A DNA stretch of 63,815 nt, filler included, from Octopus bimaculoides (Eukaryota): the NCBI RefSeq assembly GCF_001194135.2. It is 4 parts of 4 records of this genome, joined end to end, with 100 filler letters (N's around TTAATTAATTAA, not from the genome) between each part and the next. Parts side by side here need not be neighbours in the genome. Positions count along the whole stretch, not along the records: positions 1 to 17,442 come from NC_069002.1; 3 more parts are not named here. One strand, 5' to 3'. Under the pieces are notes generated by a model. That model made no database searches and was not told the origin of the DNA. It saw only the letters and a program-made list of their open reading frames with translations. The position numbers and the translations under genes were made by a program. This document shows, piece after piece, positions 1 through 12,399 of the stretch. Position 1 is the stretch's first letter, and each line of letters opens with the position of its first letter.

Positions 1-55
<55 letters not shown>

Positions 56-500
56 CTTACCTCATCGTAATTAAGCTGAAAGCGTTGAATATGAGTAACT
101 TAAAAACTCGCATTTTTTTTCTTTAAAGAGAAATGTAGTGAAAAAAAAATGTTAAGTGTAACAAAACTTTTAATATGATACGATTGCAATACAGCATATG
201 GATGAAAGTTTTCTTTTCTGTTTTGTTCTTTGTGAGAAATGTGAAATTTCAGAGCGAATGTTCAGACAATGACATACATGTCTATTTGCTTGTTTGCTGT
301 ATTTTTTAAAAATCTTTCTTTACTAAAAACAAATTAAATGCAAAGTCTCTATCCGGCATTGTAACCAATCACCTTTAACATTATCAGCGTCACAATGGCT
401 AGCAGAATACCAGTCACTGCTACTCTTCACCACCACCATAACCAAAAAGAACAACAACAGCAGCAGTGGCAGTGACATTAGGAGCATTACAATCTCCTAT

Positions 501-532
<32 letters not shown>

Positions 533-1118
533 CAACAACACCACTGCTCCCGCCGCCGCCCCAGCCACTACATCGCACATCAAAGTCAAAACTCATCTCC
601 GAATCTTTTGCAATCTTTTTGATAATACTTTAATCTATTCTACACCGCACTGAATAGCTGCGTCGATGGTTTTGCGATCTACTTACATAAAACTTGATGC
701 TTGTAGTGATTATTGGTATTCTGTGAACTTTCAATTTCCATTTTGCTTTTAGTCGTTTTGCACACTTCTTCTACAGCTTGTTGCATTAGTATAAGCACCT
801 GAAGCAGCATTAGATTAAAATAATGATCTGTATAATATTCATAACACATATATCCATGTAGAACGACGCTAACTCAAATATTTTCTTTCAAAGAAAACTT
901 CTCAAACAGATTTATGTATTAATAAACACACAAGTTGTTCAGAAGGTCATGAGCAAATCATCAAACACCAGTGTTTCGGTCTGATTTGGTCCCCTAAGTG
1001 ACGAATACACCGGAAATTCTTAGTGAAGTCGAAAACATATTTCTTACGGTAAAGAAACATGTAAACAATGCATTTACTGATTTATGTAAACGCTGGCTGG
1101 GCTAAATTAAACTAGAAA

Positions 1119-1300
1119 TTGGCACAAGACCAGTTTCGGACTAGTGATCACATCGACCACCTGGTACTTATTTTATCAACCCCAACAAGATGAAAGGGTA
1201 AGTTGATGTAGATGGAATATGAACTCAGAACGTTAAGGACGGACGAAATGCTGCTAAGCATTTTGCCCGGCATGCAAACGATTCTTTCAACTCTCCGCCT
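1119..1300 (-). mobile_element. tRNA-derived SINE family A, tail type A1 (degenerate copy)
   Basis: Aligns by eye to copies at 28457-28672 and 35631-35852. The reverse strand has A-box/B-box-like head and the CTTTCATCC...GATAAAATAAGTACCAG body. Confidence 0.8.
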
Positions 1301-3860
1301 TAAATTAGATAATGCATGTCATTTTGTCCTATGCTCTAGCAATTCTGCCAGTGCACAATATAGGGCTACAATCAAATTAATATACAAATAGGAAACCGCA
1401 TTAAATTAGAATAACGTTGTACATAGCATTTATAACATGTATATAGAAGAGTAGTACGGCTCTAGCTGTTATATTTTGTCTCCGAGAGACTTCATGTGAT
1501 AAAACACCTACAACTCTCTGGAAGGTCATTAGTAAATCACCAAATTTTGTGATTCGCTGACGGCATTCTGAACGAGTTTTTCTGGGGCAAATTACGGCAT
1601 CAGCTGCCGTACCACGTTATTATGTGAATTATAAACACATCATTATTGAATAACGTTTACACCATTTTACATCATGGCTAAGCTTTTGTTCATTCTTGTT
1701 CTTTTAATTCGTCTTTCATCACTTCTTCTTTCCATGTTGAATTCATTTCCATGTATCTTGCATTTGCGGTTAACTGTGTCAGAATTAGCGCAAATTATAT
1801 ATCGCCTTGGTTTTGCGCTCATTTTCCAGTTGTGCCGACTCCGATGTGAAAATGCCAACTTGTTACGGTTCAAATTACAGATATTTTTCAAATATTGGTT
1901 AATGATTTTTGAAGAGAAACAATCTACAACTAATTATTTAGAAAATTTAAAAATAAGTCAAACGATTAAAATACACCGAAGAAAAAAATCGAACGCTTTT
2001 AACTTACAATTTATCGTTTGCTAAATCAAATAAAGGGCAGGTGACCTGTTATGCTTTTAACGAGGCCAATGTATTTTACACCCCTTGGTTGGGAAGCACG
2101 GTGAAGATATATACATAAGACATAAGTATCCTAACCATAATAGACTTATGTGCTAACATAGGATATTTACCTCTTGTTAGTTAATTCTAAGAAACTGGAT
2201 CTAATCATCTGCCGCTTGATCATATTGCGTGATTTATAATATTAATACGTATAACGATAACCTTTTTAACATAGCGATATAGAGATCTGAATCGAATTCA
2301 GTGCATTACTAGATATTATCTTCATAAATATGAGTTGACTTTTTCCGTCTAAGAGAGACAAAAGAATAAATAATGTAAAATATTTAGTCTCGAACGATGC
2401 TTCAAATCTAGTCACGTTCACCATTTATCATCTCTGAACTCCTAAAGTAATCATAACTTTCAGACTCTGTCCTTAAATCAGCTTTCACTCTACTTAAATA
2501 ATAAATAAGAGTTATTTTCTAATATAAGATAATACGTATGTATGTGTGTAGTACTTCACTGAGTGGATATGAAGTGTTTGTGAAAGTGTATGTGTTGTAT
2601 ACGTGTCTATCAGTCGGCCATGTCCAAAAATACATCTTTGTATTACCTACCATTTTCACATCGCTTTCCAGACAGAACTGGGTAGGGAGAGAGATGGCAG
2701 GAAGGGAATAGATTAGTGACAAGGTGGACGATTTGAATTCAAAGGTCATATAACAGACCTATGTGAACTGAAACGTTTGATGAAGACATAACATATTTTT
2801 ATAGACTCAATAACTGGCTTTCCGAGAAAAATCAACTGCAATAAAACTAAGCTGAACTGTCCAGCTTCGTGCGGCCGAAAACTGTTTGTTTTATTTTATT
2901 TGAAAACGAATGAAGAGCAGTACTTAATCCATTGATCATCTAGTTTATCAGTCATGGTCAACAGACGAGTAACTTTCCTGTGCCAGGATTATAAACTGGC
3001 TGAGTACATACATACTGCATACATACACACACGCATAAGTATATATANNNNNNNNNNNNNNNNNNNNNNNNNNNNNNNNNNNNNNNNNNNNNNNNNNNNN
3101 NNNNNNNNNNNNNNNNNNNNNNNNNNNNNNNNNNNNNNNNNNNNNNNNNNNNNNNNNNNNNNNNNNNNNNNNNNNNNNNNNNNNNNNNNNNNNNNNNNNN
3201 NNNNNNNNNNNNNNNNNNNNNNNNNNNNNNNNNNNNNNNNNNNNNNNNNNNNNNNNNNNNNNNNNNNNNNNNNNNNNNNNNNNNNNNNNNNNNNNNNNNN
3301 NNNNNNNNNNNNNNNNNNNNNNNNNNNNNNNNNNNNNNNNNNNNNNNNNNNNNNNNNNNNNNNNNNNNNNNNNNNNNNNNNNNNNNNNNNNNNNNNNNNN
3401 NNNNNNNNNNNNNNNNNNNNNNNNNNNNNNNNNNNNNNNNNNNNNNNNNNNNNNNNNNNNNNNNNNNNNNNNNNNNNNNNNNNNNNNNNNNNNNNNNNNN
3501 NNNNNNNNNNNNNNNNNNNNNNNNNNNNNNNNNNNNNNNNNNNNNNNNNNNNNNNNNNNNNNNNNNNNNNNNNNNNNNNNNNNNNNNNNNNNNNNNNNNN
3601 NNNNNNNNNNNNNNNNNNNNNNNNNNNNNNNNNNNNNNNNNNNNNNNNNNNNNNNNNNNNNNNNNNNNNNNNNNNNNNNNNNNNNNNNNNNNNNNNNNNN
3701 NNNNNNNNNNNNNNNNNNNNNNNNNNNNNNNNNNNNNNNNNNNNNNNNNNNNNNNNNNNNGCATGTATAGTAATAGAAGAGGAGAGGACATCCTTTTATT
3801 TAGACTGAGAAGACTCACCAAAGTTGTCTACCTATATCAGAAGTAATGAATGATGATGAT

Positions 3861-3861
<1 letters not shown>

Positions 3862-3929
<68 letters not shown>
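3862..3929 (+). repeat. (AAT)n microsatellite directly upstream of R4-clade LINE
   Basis: Perfect AAT run in sequence. Confidence 0.97.
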
Positions 3930-6900
3930 TGGAAATAGAAAAGATAAAAAGGAAAATAAAAGATAGAAATAATCCTTCACCAAAAGATAATGTGCCCAGT
4001 GAGAACAGAAAAATGAAAGGCGGCAGTGAAGACGTAGAGCAAAGTGTAAATGTAAAAGCATTCTCAGCAAATAAAGCAGAGGTAATAGGAAGAGTTAGGG
4101 CACAAGAATACGATGATGACCAACGAGACAGTGAGGACGTGGTGCCGATATATAAAGAAGACCAGGTTCAAGCACCCTCCCAATCTCAAGTACGTTGATC
4201 GACGCAAGCTCAAAGTTGAAACCGAAAAGATAGATTTGGTTCTTGGGCTATTCCAGACGAGAAATATAACTGAAACTAACAAAATTATTTGGGCTGCAGC
4301 TATAGTTGCTACAGATAGAGTTGGATACAAAATAAAAGATCAAACAGAACGTAAAGAACCATTCTGGCGTAGACGAATTTGTGAGAACCAAAGTTAAAAA
4401 GACATTTAGGATAAGTTGATAGATTGAGAAGAGAGGAACTGCAGAACGAAAGAATATGAATAATGCTGGAAAGAACATATAGAATAATAGATAAAGGTTA
4501 TGATTTGATATTAGAAGAATTGAAACAAAGAGTAGTAACAATCAAAGCAAAACTGGAAAGATATGACAGCAGAAAAAGACAGTTCAGGCAAAAAAGATTG
4601 TTTAAAGCAAATCAGAAGAAACCGTTTCAGGAACTAGGTGGGCAAATACACGTAACAAGGATACCAGATGTAGAGGAAAGCAAGGCATTCTGGGGATGGA
4701 TCTGGGACCAACTGCTAGAGCACAATGATGAAGCGGAGTGGGTGCATAAAATTAAAGATAGGTTAAGAAATATAGGAGTCCAAGAAGACATAAAGATAAC
4801 TACAGAAATGATAAAAAAGCAGTTAAGAAAATTCCCAAATTGGAAGAACCCAGGACCGGATGAGCCTATTGGATGAAGAAGCTGAGAGGAATCCATGAAA
4901 GGATAGCACAAGAGCTAGATGAGTGCTTCCAGGAAAACGCAGTACCCAGCTAGATGACAAAGAGAAAGACATTGTTATATATCAAAGATCCTGAAAATGG
5001 AGATGTAGCATTCAACATTAGACCACTAACATGCCTTCCGCTAATGTGGAAACTAATATCAGGTGCTTTGGCCGGTAAACTGTCCAGATACTTGGAAAAA
5101 AGTGGGCTGCTACCCATTGAGTAGAAAGGGGGCCGAAAAAGGAGCCGAGGAAAGAAGGATCAGCTCTTAATTGATAATCTAATTATCAGGAACTGCAAAA
5201 GAAGATATACGAACCTGAGCATGGCATGGGTTGATTATCGCAAAGCATACGATGTGATACCACACTGCTTGATAATAAAAACAATGGAAATGTATGGAGT
5301 ACAAAGAAAATGAGAAGCCTTATATGGAATAGCAAGAAAGGCTGGAGAACGGAATAGACAGCAGGGAAGCAAGTACTAGGTGACGTGAAAATCAAGAGAG
5401 GAATATTCTAGTGGAGCAGTGTGTCCCCACTGATATTCGTGCCGGAAATGATCTCCTTGGATGAAATTCTACAGAAAACAAAGTTGAGGTATGATCTGGC
5501 AAGAGGTAAGGGAAAATTAAACCACATGCTATTCATGAACAACGTGAAGCTATTTATAAACACTAAGGCAGACCTGGACACCCTAGTTCAGTCTGTGCGG
5601 ATTTTCTCCAATGATATTAAAATGGAGTTTGGACTATCAAATTGTGCTACGATGGTGATGAGACGAGGAAAGATTGCTAGGACAGAAAGCATATGTTTGC
5701 CAAGTGTGGTGAAATGATGAAGGCAATTCAACATAAATCCAGATATGAATACCTGGGAATACTTGAGGCAGATAGAATCAAACACCACGACATGAAGGAA
5801 AAGACAAAATGAGAGCACCGGCGGCGAGTGAGAAAATATTGGATTCAAAGCTGAATGCCAGAAGCATAATTTCTGCAATAACCATTCACGCTGTCGGAGT
5901 AGTTTGCTTTGGCGCTAGAATCCTGAAGTGGACAGAGGCGGAACTAAAGGACATGGACAGGAAGTCAAGAAAGTACCTAACGATGCATGGGGCCCATCAT
6001 CCACGGGAAGACACTGATCGCCTATACAGGAAGTGAGCAAATGGGGGAAGGGGACTGAAAAGTATGGAAGACTACCCGCGTATCGTACTCGAGAGCTTAA
6101 TAAGATACCTCGACCAAAGTAAAGAAGCCTTAGTAGAGACAGTTCGGAACGAGAGAGTATTAAAAGCAGAGAAAATATCGAAAACAAAAGAAGAAGTACA
6201 AAAAGGACATGAAGAAGAATTATGCAAGAAGGGACCACACGGTCAATGCCACAACTGAAGCTGCTAGAAAATAGGTGGTATTGGCTGATGAAAGGAACCC
6301 TATAAAGAGAGAGTGAGAGCGCTATACTGGCAGCGCAAGACAAAGCTTTGTCCACAAACTGGAGGGTCAGGGTTAGGAATGAGCAAGTGTCTCCGCTGTG
6401 CCGCATCTTCAATAAAGGGGCTGAAACCATTACCCATATCACGAGTGAATACCCAAAACCACTACAAGTTGTAGCGATACAGTCAGGTAGCGAAAGCGCT
6501 CCATTGGAAACTGAAAAAAGTGAGGGCTAGAGAGGCCAGACGTGGTATGAGCACAGACCGCAGAGAGTGGCGGAATCGGAGACTAGCAAAAACCTCTGGG
6601 ATTTCTCAATCCAAACAGATCAGGTGCTAGAGTATAACAGACCAGACCTATTAGTGGTGGACAAGGTGCACCACATATACTATATAGTTGATTTTGCATG
6701 CCTATTGACCCACGAATAGTCAAGAAGGAAGGTGAACAGATAGATAGATACAACCCTCTTAAGTACGAAATAGCTCGGCTATGGAAAATGAAGAAAGTAA
6801 AGATGGTGTCAATTATTGTTGGGTCTTTCGGAACAGTATCAGAAGGTATCAAGAAGAATATAAAGAAAATTGGAATAGAGCGCGCAGTAGAACTGTCACA

Positions 6901-7000
6901 AAAGCTGCCATGTGAATAGCATGGTACTGTAGGCTGCAGGTAGTAAGCGCGCTATGCACGCAAGACTCCAGGAGCTTCAAAAAAACTTGTGATAAAGAGA
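3929..7000 (+). mobile_element. R4/Dong-clade non-LTR retrotransposon, near full-length, pseudogenised (RT, CCHC knuckle, RLE endonuclease)
   Basis: Joined frames give [30 protein letters not shown] (5224-5253), HMLFMNNVKLF (decayed YMDDLK motif, ~5532), MEFGLSNC, SPLCRIFNKGAETITHITSE, YNRPDLLVVDK and KYEIARLWKMKKV. Many stops and frameshifts. Confidence 0.92.
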
Positions 7001-7020
7001 TAATAATAATAACAACAACA

Positions 7021-7102
<82 letters not shown>

Positions 7103-7139
7103 TGATGATGATGATGATGATGATGATGATAATAATAAT
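7001..7139 (+). repeat. Compound microsatellite (AAT)-(AAC)-(GAC)-(GAT)-(AAT)
   Basis: Directly visible. Confidence 0.97.
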
Positions 7140-7140
7140 T

Positions 7141-7345
7141 CGGTGATTGATGCTTTCAGACTAAACATTGTTTTAGCAGCTGAAAGAAAGAAGGAAACTA
7201 AGACCCTAGATATTGCTATACCTGAGGATGTACGAGTGGATGACCAGGACCTACAAAAGACTGGAAAGTACAAACCACTAAAAGATGAGCCTGCACGAAT
7301 GTGGGCAATGAAGAAAGTAAATTTGATCCAAGCAGTTGTCATAAG
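7141..7345 (+). mobile_element. R4-clade RLE endonuclease fragment
   Basis: ORF 7143..: KKETKTLDIAIPEDVRVDD...KYKPLKDEPARMWAMKKV, homologous to the RLE at 6640-6850. Confidence 0.8.
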
Positions 7346-7489
7346 CATCCTCCAGCACCATCCTCCAGATTCGTATGTCTTTTCTTGCAGTCGTTCAGCT
7401 CTGCATGTATGTGTGTGTGTATTCATACGATTAAAGCTTGTATCATCTGCATAGGAAGGGGAATAGGCTAGGAACTAAACTGGAAGAGA

Positions 7490-9483
7490 GGAAATTTAGA
7501 AGAATTTTCGTTGAAAAGAAGCATAAAGCAATGAACGAACTACGAAAGTATATCAACACTGGAAAGAAAGAAACAATGTGAAATCGAGTAAAAGGAGAAA
7601 CATCAGGAATTTGAACGTAGATAAAGGATCAAGGAAAGGAGTTAAATGTAGTCCTTGAAGAGCAGAAACAAAGACCGCAGGCTAAAGCTACAAAAAGCAA
7701 GAGATGTGGCCAAAGAATTGAACAATATAAAGTCAACAGATTGTTCCCACAGGATGAGAAAAAGGGTTCACTAGATTAACAGAAAGGTTAACAGCAGTAA
7801 GAAACCGTACGCTGAAGAAAGTAGGAGGTCTTGGAGTAACATCTGAGATAATGGAATGGAAGAAAGTACAAAAAAGGTGTTGAATGGTTGAAGAAATTAA
7901 GATCGGAGAAAAATGAAGTGAAACAAAACAATATAAGAACATCTGAAATGACGACCGAGCAGGCATCAAATGTTTCAAATTGGAAATGTACTGACCCAGA
8001 TGGGATACAAGGATACTGACTGAAACGTTTCACGGCATTACACAAAAAATAGCTGCGCAAATGGATAAAATGATCAACAACCGGGCAGAAATTCCAAGCT
8101 GGATGACCAAAGGTAAAAACGGTTCTTTGACAAAAGGACCCGGTAAATACAACGCTGCAGATAATTACTCTAGCCAAGCTCTAGCTGGCCCTTAATGTGG
8201 AAGTTCATGACAACAATAAAATCCAACTGTGTGTATGACTTCCTGAAACTGAATGACACGCTGGCAATGAAACAGAAGGGATGCAGCAGGAAAAGCGGAG
8301 GAAGAAAGGATCAACATCTGATAAGCAGAATGGTGCTGAGCGACTGCAAGAAAAGACATGCGAATCTGGGGAAAGGTGTGGGTAGATTATGAGAAAGCTT
8401 ATAAAATGGTTCCCAATTCCTAGATTTTAGAAGGTCTTGAGTTGGAACAGGCGTCTGATAACATTATAAATTTTTTCGCGAGATCAACACGAGATCAACA
8501 GAGAACTGAAATTGTTATGGCGAGGATCATGGCATCCCCTGTGAGAATGGAGTAGCCGAACTCGTATAAGAAGAAGAGTGTTTGACTGACAGACAGATGA
8601 GCAATCGCAGGAAGTTAAAAGGTGTCGTTCGTGAGTTCGTGGTGTCGCAGGAAATTGTTGAGAAGTTGTTATAGTTCGTTGAGAGTTGTTCGGATTTGCT
8701 ACATTTGTTGGCAGAGTATTTGGGAATATATCAAGTGGACACATCTGGAGTCTACCCCGGTCCGTAGTATTGTATATCACACTTGTATTAGTGCACAACA
8801 CTAAAGTGACATACATATAATAACCACGTTATAGACGTGGTGACGTAAATATTCACGCCACAACAGAAATACAGAATTACCGTCATGTGGAGAATTTTTG
8901 GTGAAATTTAAAATCAGATGTAGTCTGTCGCCATTACTTTTTGTGATTTGTATGACACCCTTCACACAGATACTACGGAAAGTGACATCGGAAAAATGGA
9001 GAAAAGTTAAGTTACCTGATGCATATGGATAACTTAAAGAGTGAACGTCAAATAAATGGTTTGGCTTCAACAGTGCAGGAATTCAATGAGGATATCGGGG
9101 TGGAATTCGGGATTAAAAAGCGTGACAGGCTTAACATAAAAAGGCAAAGTAATGTCATCTGATATTGAAGAACTATCCAATAGTGAGAAAATGAAATATG
9201 TTGAGATGGATGGATATAAGTATCTGGGTATTTTAGGGTACGACAAAATCAAGAGCGAGATGAAGGAAAGCTTTAGACTTACATCAGAAGAACCAAATTA
9301 ATCATAGAAATTAGACTCAATGGAAATAATAAGCCCAGGGCAGTGACTCCATGGGCTGTTTTCTGAATGCGATACGGCGCAGGTGGTGTTAGGTAAACAA
9401 AGAGCGAGACTGAAGAAATGAATAGAAAAACCAGGTAAGTGATCACAATGAACAAGGACCCGCCTCCTAAAAGCGATATCGAT
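7490..9483 (+). mobile_element. Second R4-clade LINE relic (RT region), interrupted by a solo LTR and truncated by a HERO-like fragment
   Basis: EEQKQRPQAKATK, SNWKCTDPDGIQGY, IPSWMTKG, KQKGCSRKSGGRKDQHLI, WVDYEKAY, SLSPLLFVICMTP, MHMDNLK, GYKYLGIL, MNRKTR..ITMNK..PKSDID. Confidence 0.88.
8513..8865. mobile_element. Solo LTR (353 bp) with 5-bp TSD GAAAT
   Basis: Starts TGTTATGG and ends CCACAACA (imperfect inverted termini). GAAAT at 8508-8512 and 8866-8870. Removing it rejoins the R4 coding sequence (AACTGAAATACAGAATTA, decayed NWNTEL). Confidence 0.85.
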
Positions 9484-9990
9484 GGGCCAGATGTTGTTTT
9501 GTGGTCTGCAAAGACCAAGAAAATTATCTTGATTGAGCTTACAGTCCCATGGGAAGAAGGGTGTGATCAGGACTACGAATTGAAGAGTGCCAAGTATGAG
9601 AGACTTCTGCAGGATTGCAAGCAGAAGGGATGGCAGTTATGGCTTTTCCTAGTCGAGGTTGGTTATAGGAGGCTCCTTGTCCACTCAGCATGGAGGATGC
9701 TAACAGCCATTGGAATGAGTGGAAAGGAGAAGAGGGTGACTGTGTACAGGATGGGTGAAGCATCTAAAATAGTCTCTGCTTGGTTATGGAGCAAGAGCGA
9801 GGAGTTAAGTTGGAAGCCACGAAGTGATGCGGCGCAGTCATTTGCCCACCTCTGCTGACCCACCAACGGGAGGGTATTACGGTTCAGGGCTGAAACACCG
9901 GCCGGATACTCAATACCGTCCGTTGAAATCAGTTGCTCCAGGCTAAAGTTCTATTCACATTGGTGAGTGGAAGAAGCACCTTTTACGTGT
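9484..9990 (+). mobile_element. HERO/NeSL-like LINE 3' fragment (RLE endonuclease plus 3' UTR)
   Basis: PDVVLWSAKTKKIILIELTVPWEE...KSAKYERLLQDCKQKGW...VEVGYR is the PD..W...IELTVPWEE-type RLE, distinct from the R4 RLEs in this window. Confidence 0.82.
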
Positions 9991-10134
9991 TATTAACATA
10001 TACATAGGTATATGTATGTATGTATGTATCTATGCACGTATGTGTGTGTGCGAATGTGTGTATGTATGCATGTATACAAGCATATATATCTATATCTATC
10101 TATCTATATATCTGTCTGCCTGTCTATCTGTCTG

Positions 10135-10185
<51 letters not shown>

Positions 10186-11978
10186 NNNNNNNNNNNNNNN
10201 NNNNNNNNNNNNNNNNNNNNNNNNNNNNNNNNNNNNNNNNNNNNNNNNNNNNNNNNNNNNNNNNNNNNNNNNNNNNNNNNNNNNNNNNNNNNNNNNNNNN
10301 NNNNNNNNNNNNNNNNNNNNNNNNNNNNNNNNNNNNNNNNNNNNNNNNNNNNNNNNNNNNNNNNNNNNNNNNNNNNNNNNNNNNNNNNNNNNNNNNNNNN
10401 NNNNNNNNNNNNNNNNNNNNNNNNNNNNNNNNNNNNNNNNNNNNNNNNNNNNNNNNNNNNNNNNNNNNNNNNNNNNNNNNNNNNNNNNNNNNNNNNNTAT
10501 ATATATATATACATACATACATGCATGCATGCATACATACATACATACATACATATATACATACATACATACTTATATCCCTATATAAGTAAATATGCGT
10601 TATTAGCCTTCAAAACTCAACTCATATGGGCCCTACCTGCATAATATTCAACAATCTATAAGTCCTACGCGCTAAAGAAAGAAAACAGGTGGCCATACAT
10701 TTTCCCATTGAACTCCTACGCAAAATGTAAGAAAATAAAGGAGATTATCGAGACATGTTGATGATTAATTGGCCGGGCGCTCCACAGAGGATAACTATCC
10801 TTATGAAATGACTGGATGAAGAGAACTGATTAAGAAATTGTTTTAGAATAGAATGGTATACGTCCCAGTCCTACAAGACAGTTAAGCAGCTTGTTAATAT
10901 CACGTGGGTGTGGAGACAATGGATGCAAAAGACTTGTTTGCATAGATCGATATTTTAGTAAAGTACATCGAACCATATTAATAATGGCTGACAGTTTAGA
11001 TAACATCCAACAGCAACTGGACAGATAATCTTTGAAGGTCGAGAGGCAGAGAGAGAGAGACAGAGAGATAGAGAGAAAGAAACGATGAGAAAGATAATGC
11101 TGGAAGTGGACATTAATGCTTACTATAAAACTTTGGATTATACGAAAGTAAAACTATGTATGAATTATTTGCGCTTGTAAATGGGAAATTAGCATATTAA
11201 CAAAGTTTTAAACAATTTTAAAACTAACTTTAGTAACAAGAATACCATTAAGACATTTGAAGCGCCAGCCGTGGCATACAGCAGTAGATTAGTACATAAA
11301 AGACCTGTTTATATAAACTGCTTCACATGACTTTCTCTAACAAAGCGCTACACAGTTCATATTAACACTGACATCCAACGATTGTAAACGCTAAGACGGG
11401 AAGGTGGTAGAGTACAATTGAGTATAACGAATCCTTATAAACTGGCAGCTATTAATGTAATTTCTAAACTGACAAGCGAATCTGATGCGTGACTTTGTTA
11501 ACTCTCACTGTCGTAATCACATTATGAGTGCAGTAACATTTTCCAAAGAAAGTGGATTAGATATTGAAAAGATAATGTCAGAACCTAAAGCAGCAGCGTA
11601 ACTATACATATTCAGTCCACATAACTCAGCCACAATAATGAAAAGCCATATTGACTTAAGTTCAGGCGTGTGGTTTGGTGGTTAGGGTGTCGCAACGTAG
11701 ATTTTAGATCTGCTAAGACAAAGAGTCCAGACTCCCTCAAGTTACCGTTCGCTGCCTCCAAAGTGAAAGGATGCATTGGATAATGCACTGACTGAAGTAA
11801 ATAGACGGGATGGTCATGGGTAGCATGCATTTGATTATAATTTCTATCGATCAGGAGTGATTTGATTAAACAAACAATAGCAACAGCTACAACATACCTT
11901 TACCAGAACAATGGTGCCTTAAATCGTATATCGGCATATCATATGTGAATGTGTATGTGTGTGCGTGTTTATGTATGT

Positions 11979-12030
<52 letters not shown>

Positions 12031-12399
12031 TCCATGCATACATCAGCTTCACTACTAGACACATAAATATACACATATATATATGTATTCTTTCTATCAG
12101 ATAGATGACAAATGTCGCTTTTTTGCGCAATATTTTCTGGAAAAATAGGCCGTATCGTATCAAGAAACCCTGCTTAGCTCCTCTCGAATATATTCGTAAA
12201 CAATGACAGCGTGAAACTGTTCCGCATATACCAAGTCAATAGATTTCAGATCATTAGGGAATGAGCCTGTGTTGTACCCGTATGAAGTTTCATTCGTTGT
12301 AGAAAGCACTTATTAGAAACGATTATTTAGAGCCTTTTAACTACCACAAACCTCTTAATAGATCAAATATCATGAAAATGTTGAACTATTAATCGGAAG

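Noticed and set aside
930-1545. Short similarity between ~940-965 and ~1518-1545 (GAAGGTCAT.AG.AAATCA) and a possible decayed hammerhead at ~975-1000 (-)
   Set aside because: The match is under 30 bp and the catalytic core is not preserved.
1674-2024. 116-aa ORF
   Set aside because: No recognisable domain, splice context or codon signal. Its length is within chance expectation.
11150-11560. TAAT-rich non-repetitive stretch as a conserved enhancer
   Set aside because: Cannot be supported without cross-species alignment. Such motifs are expected at this AT content.
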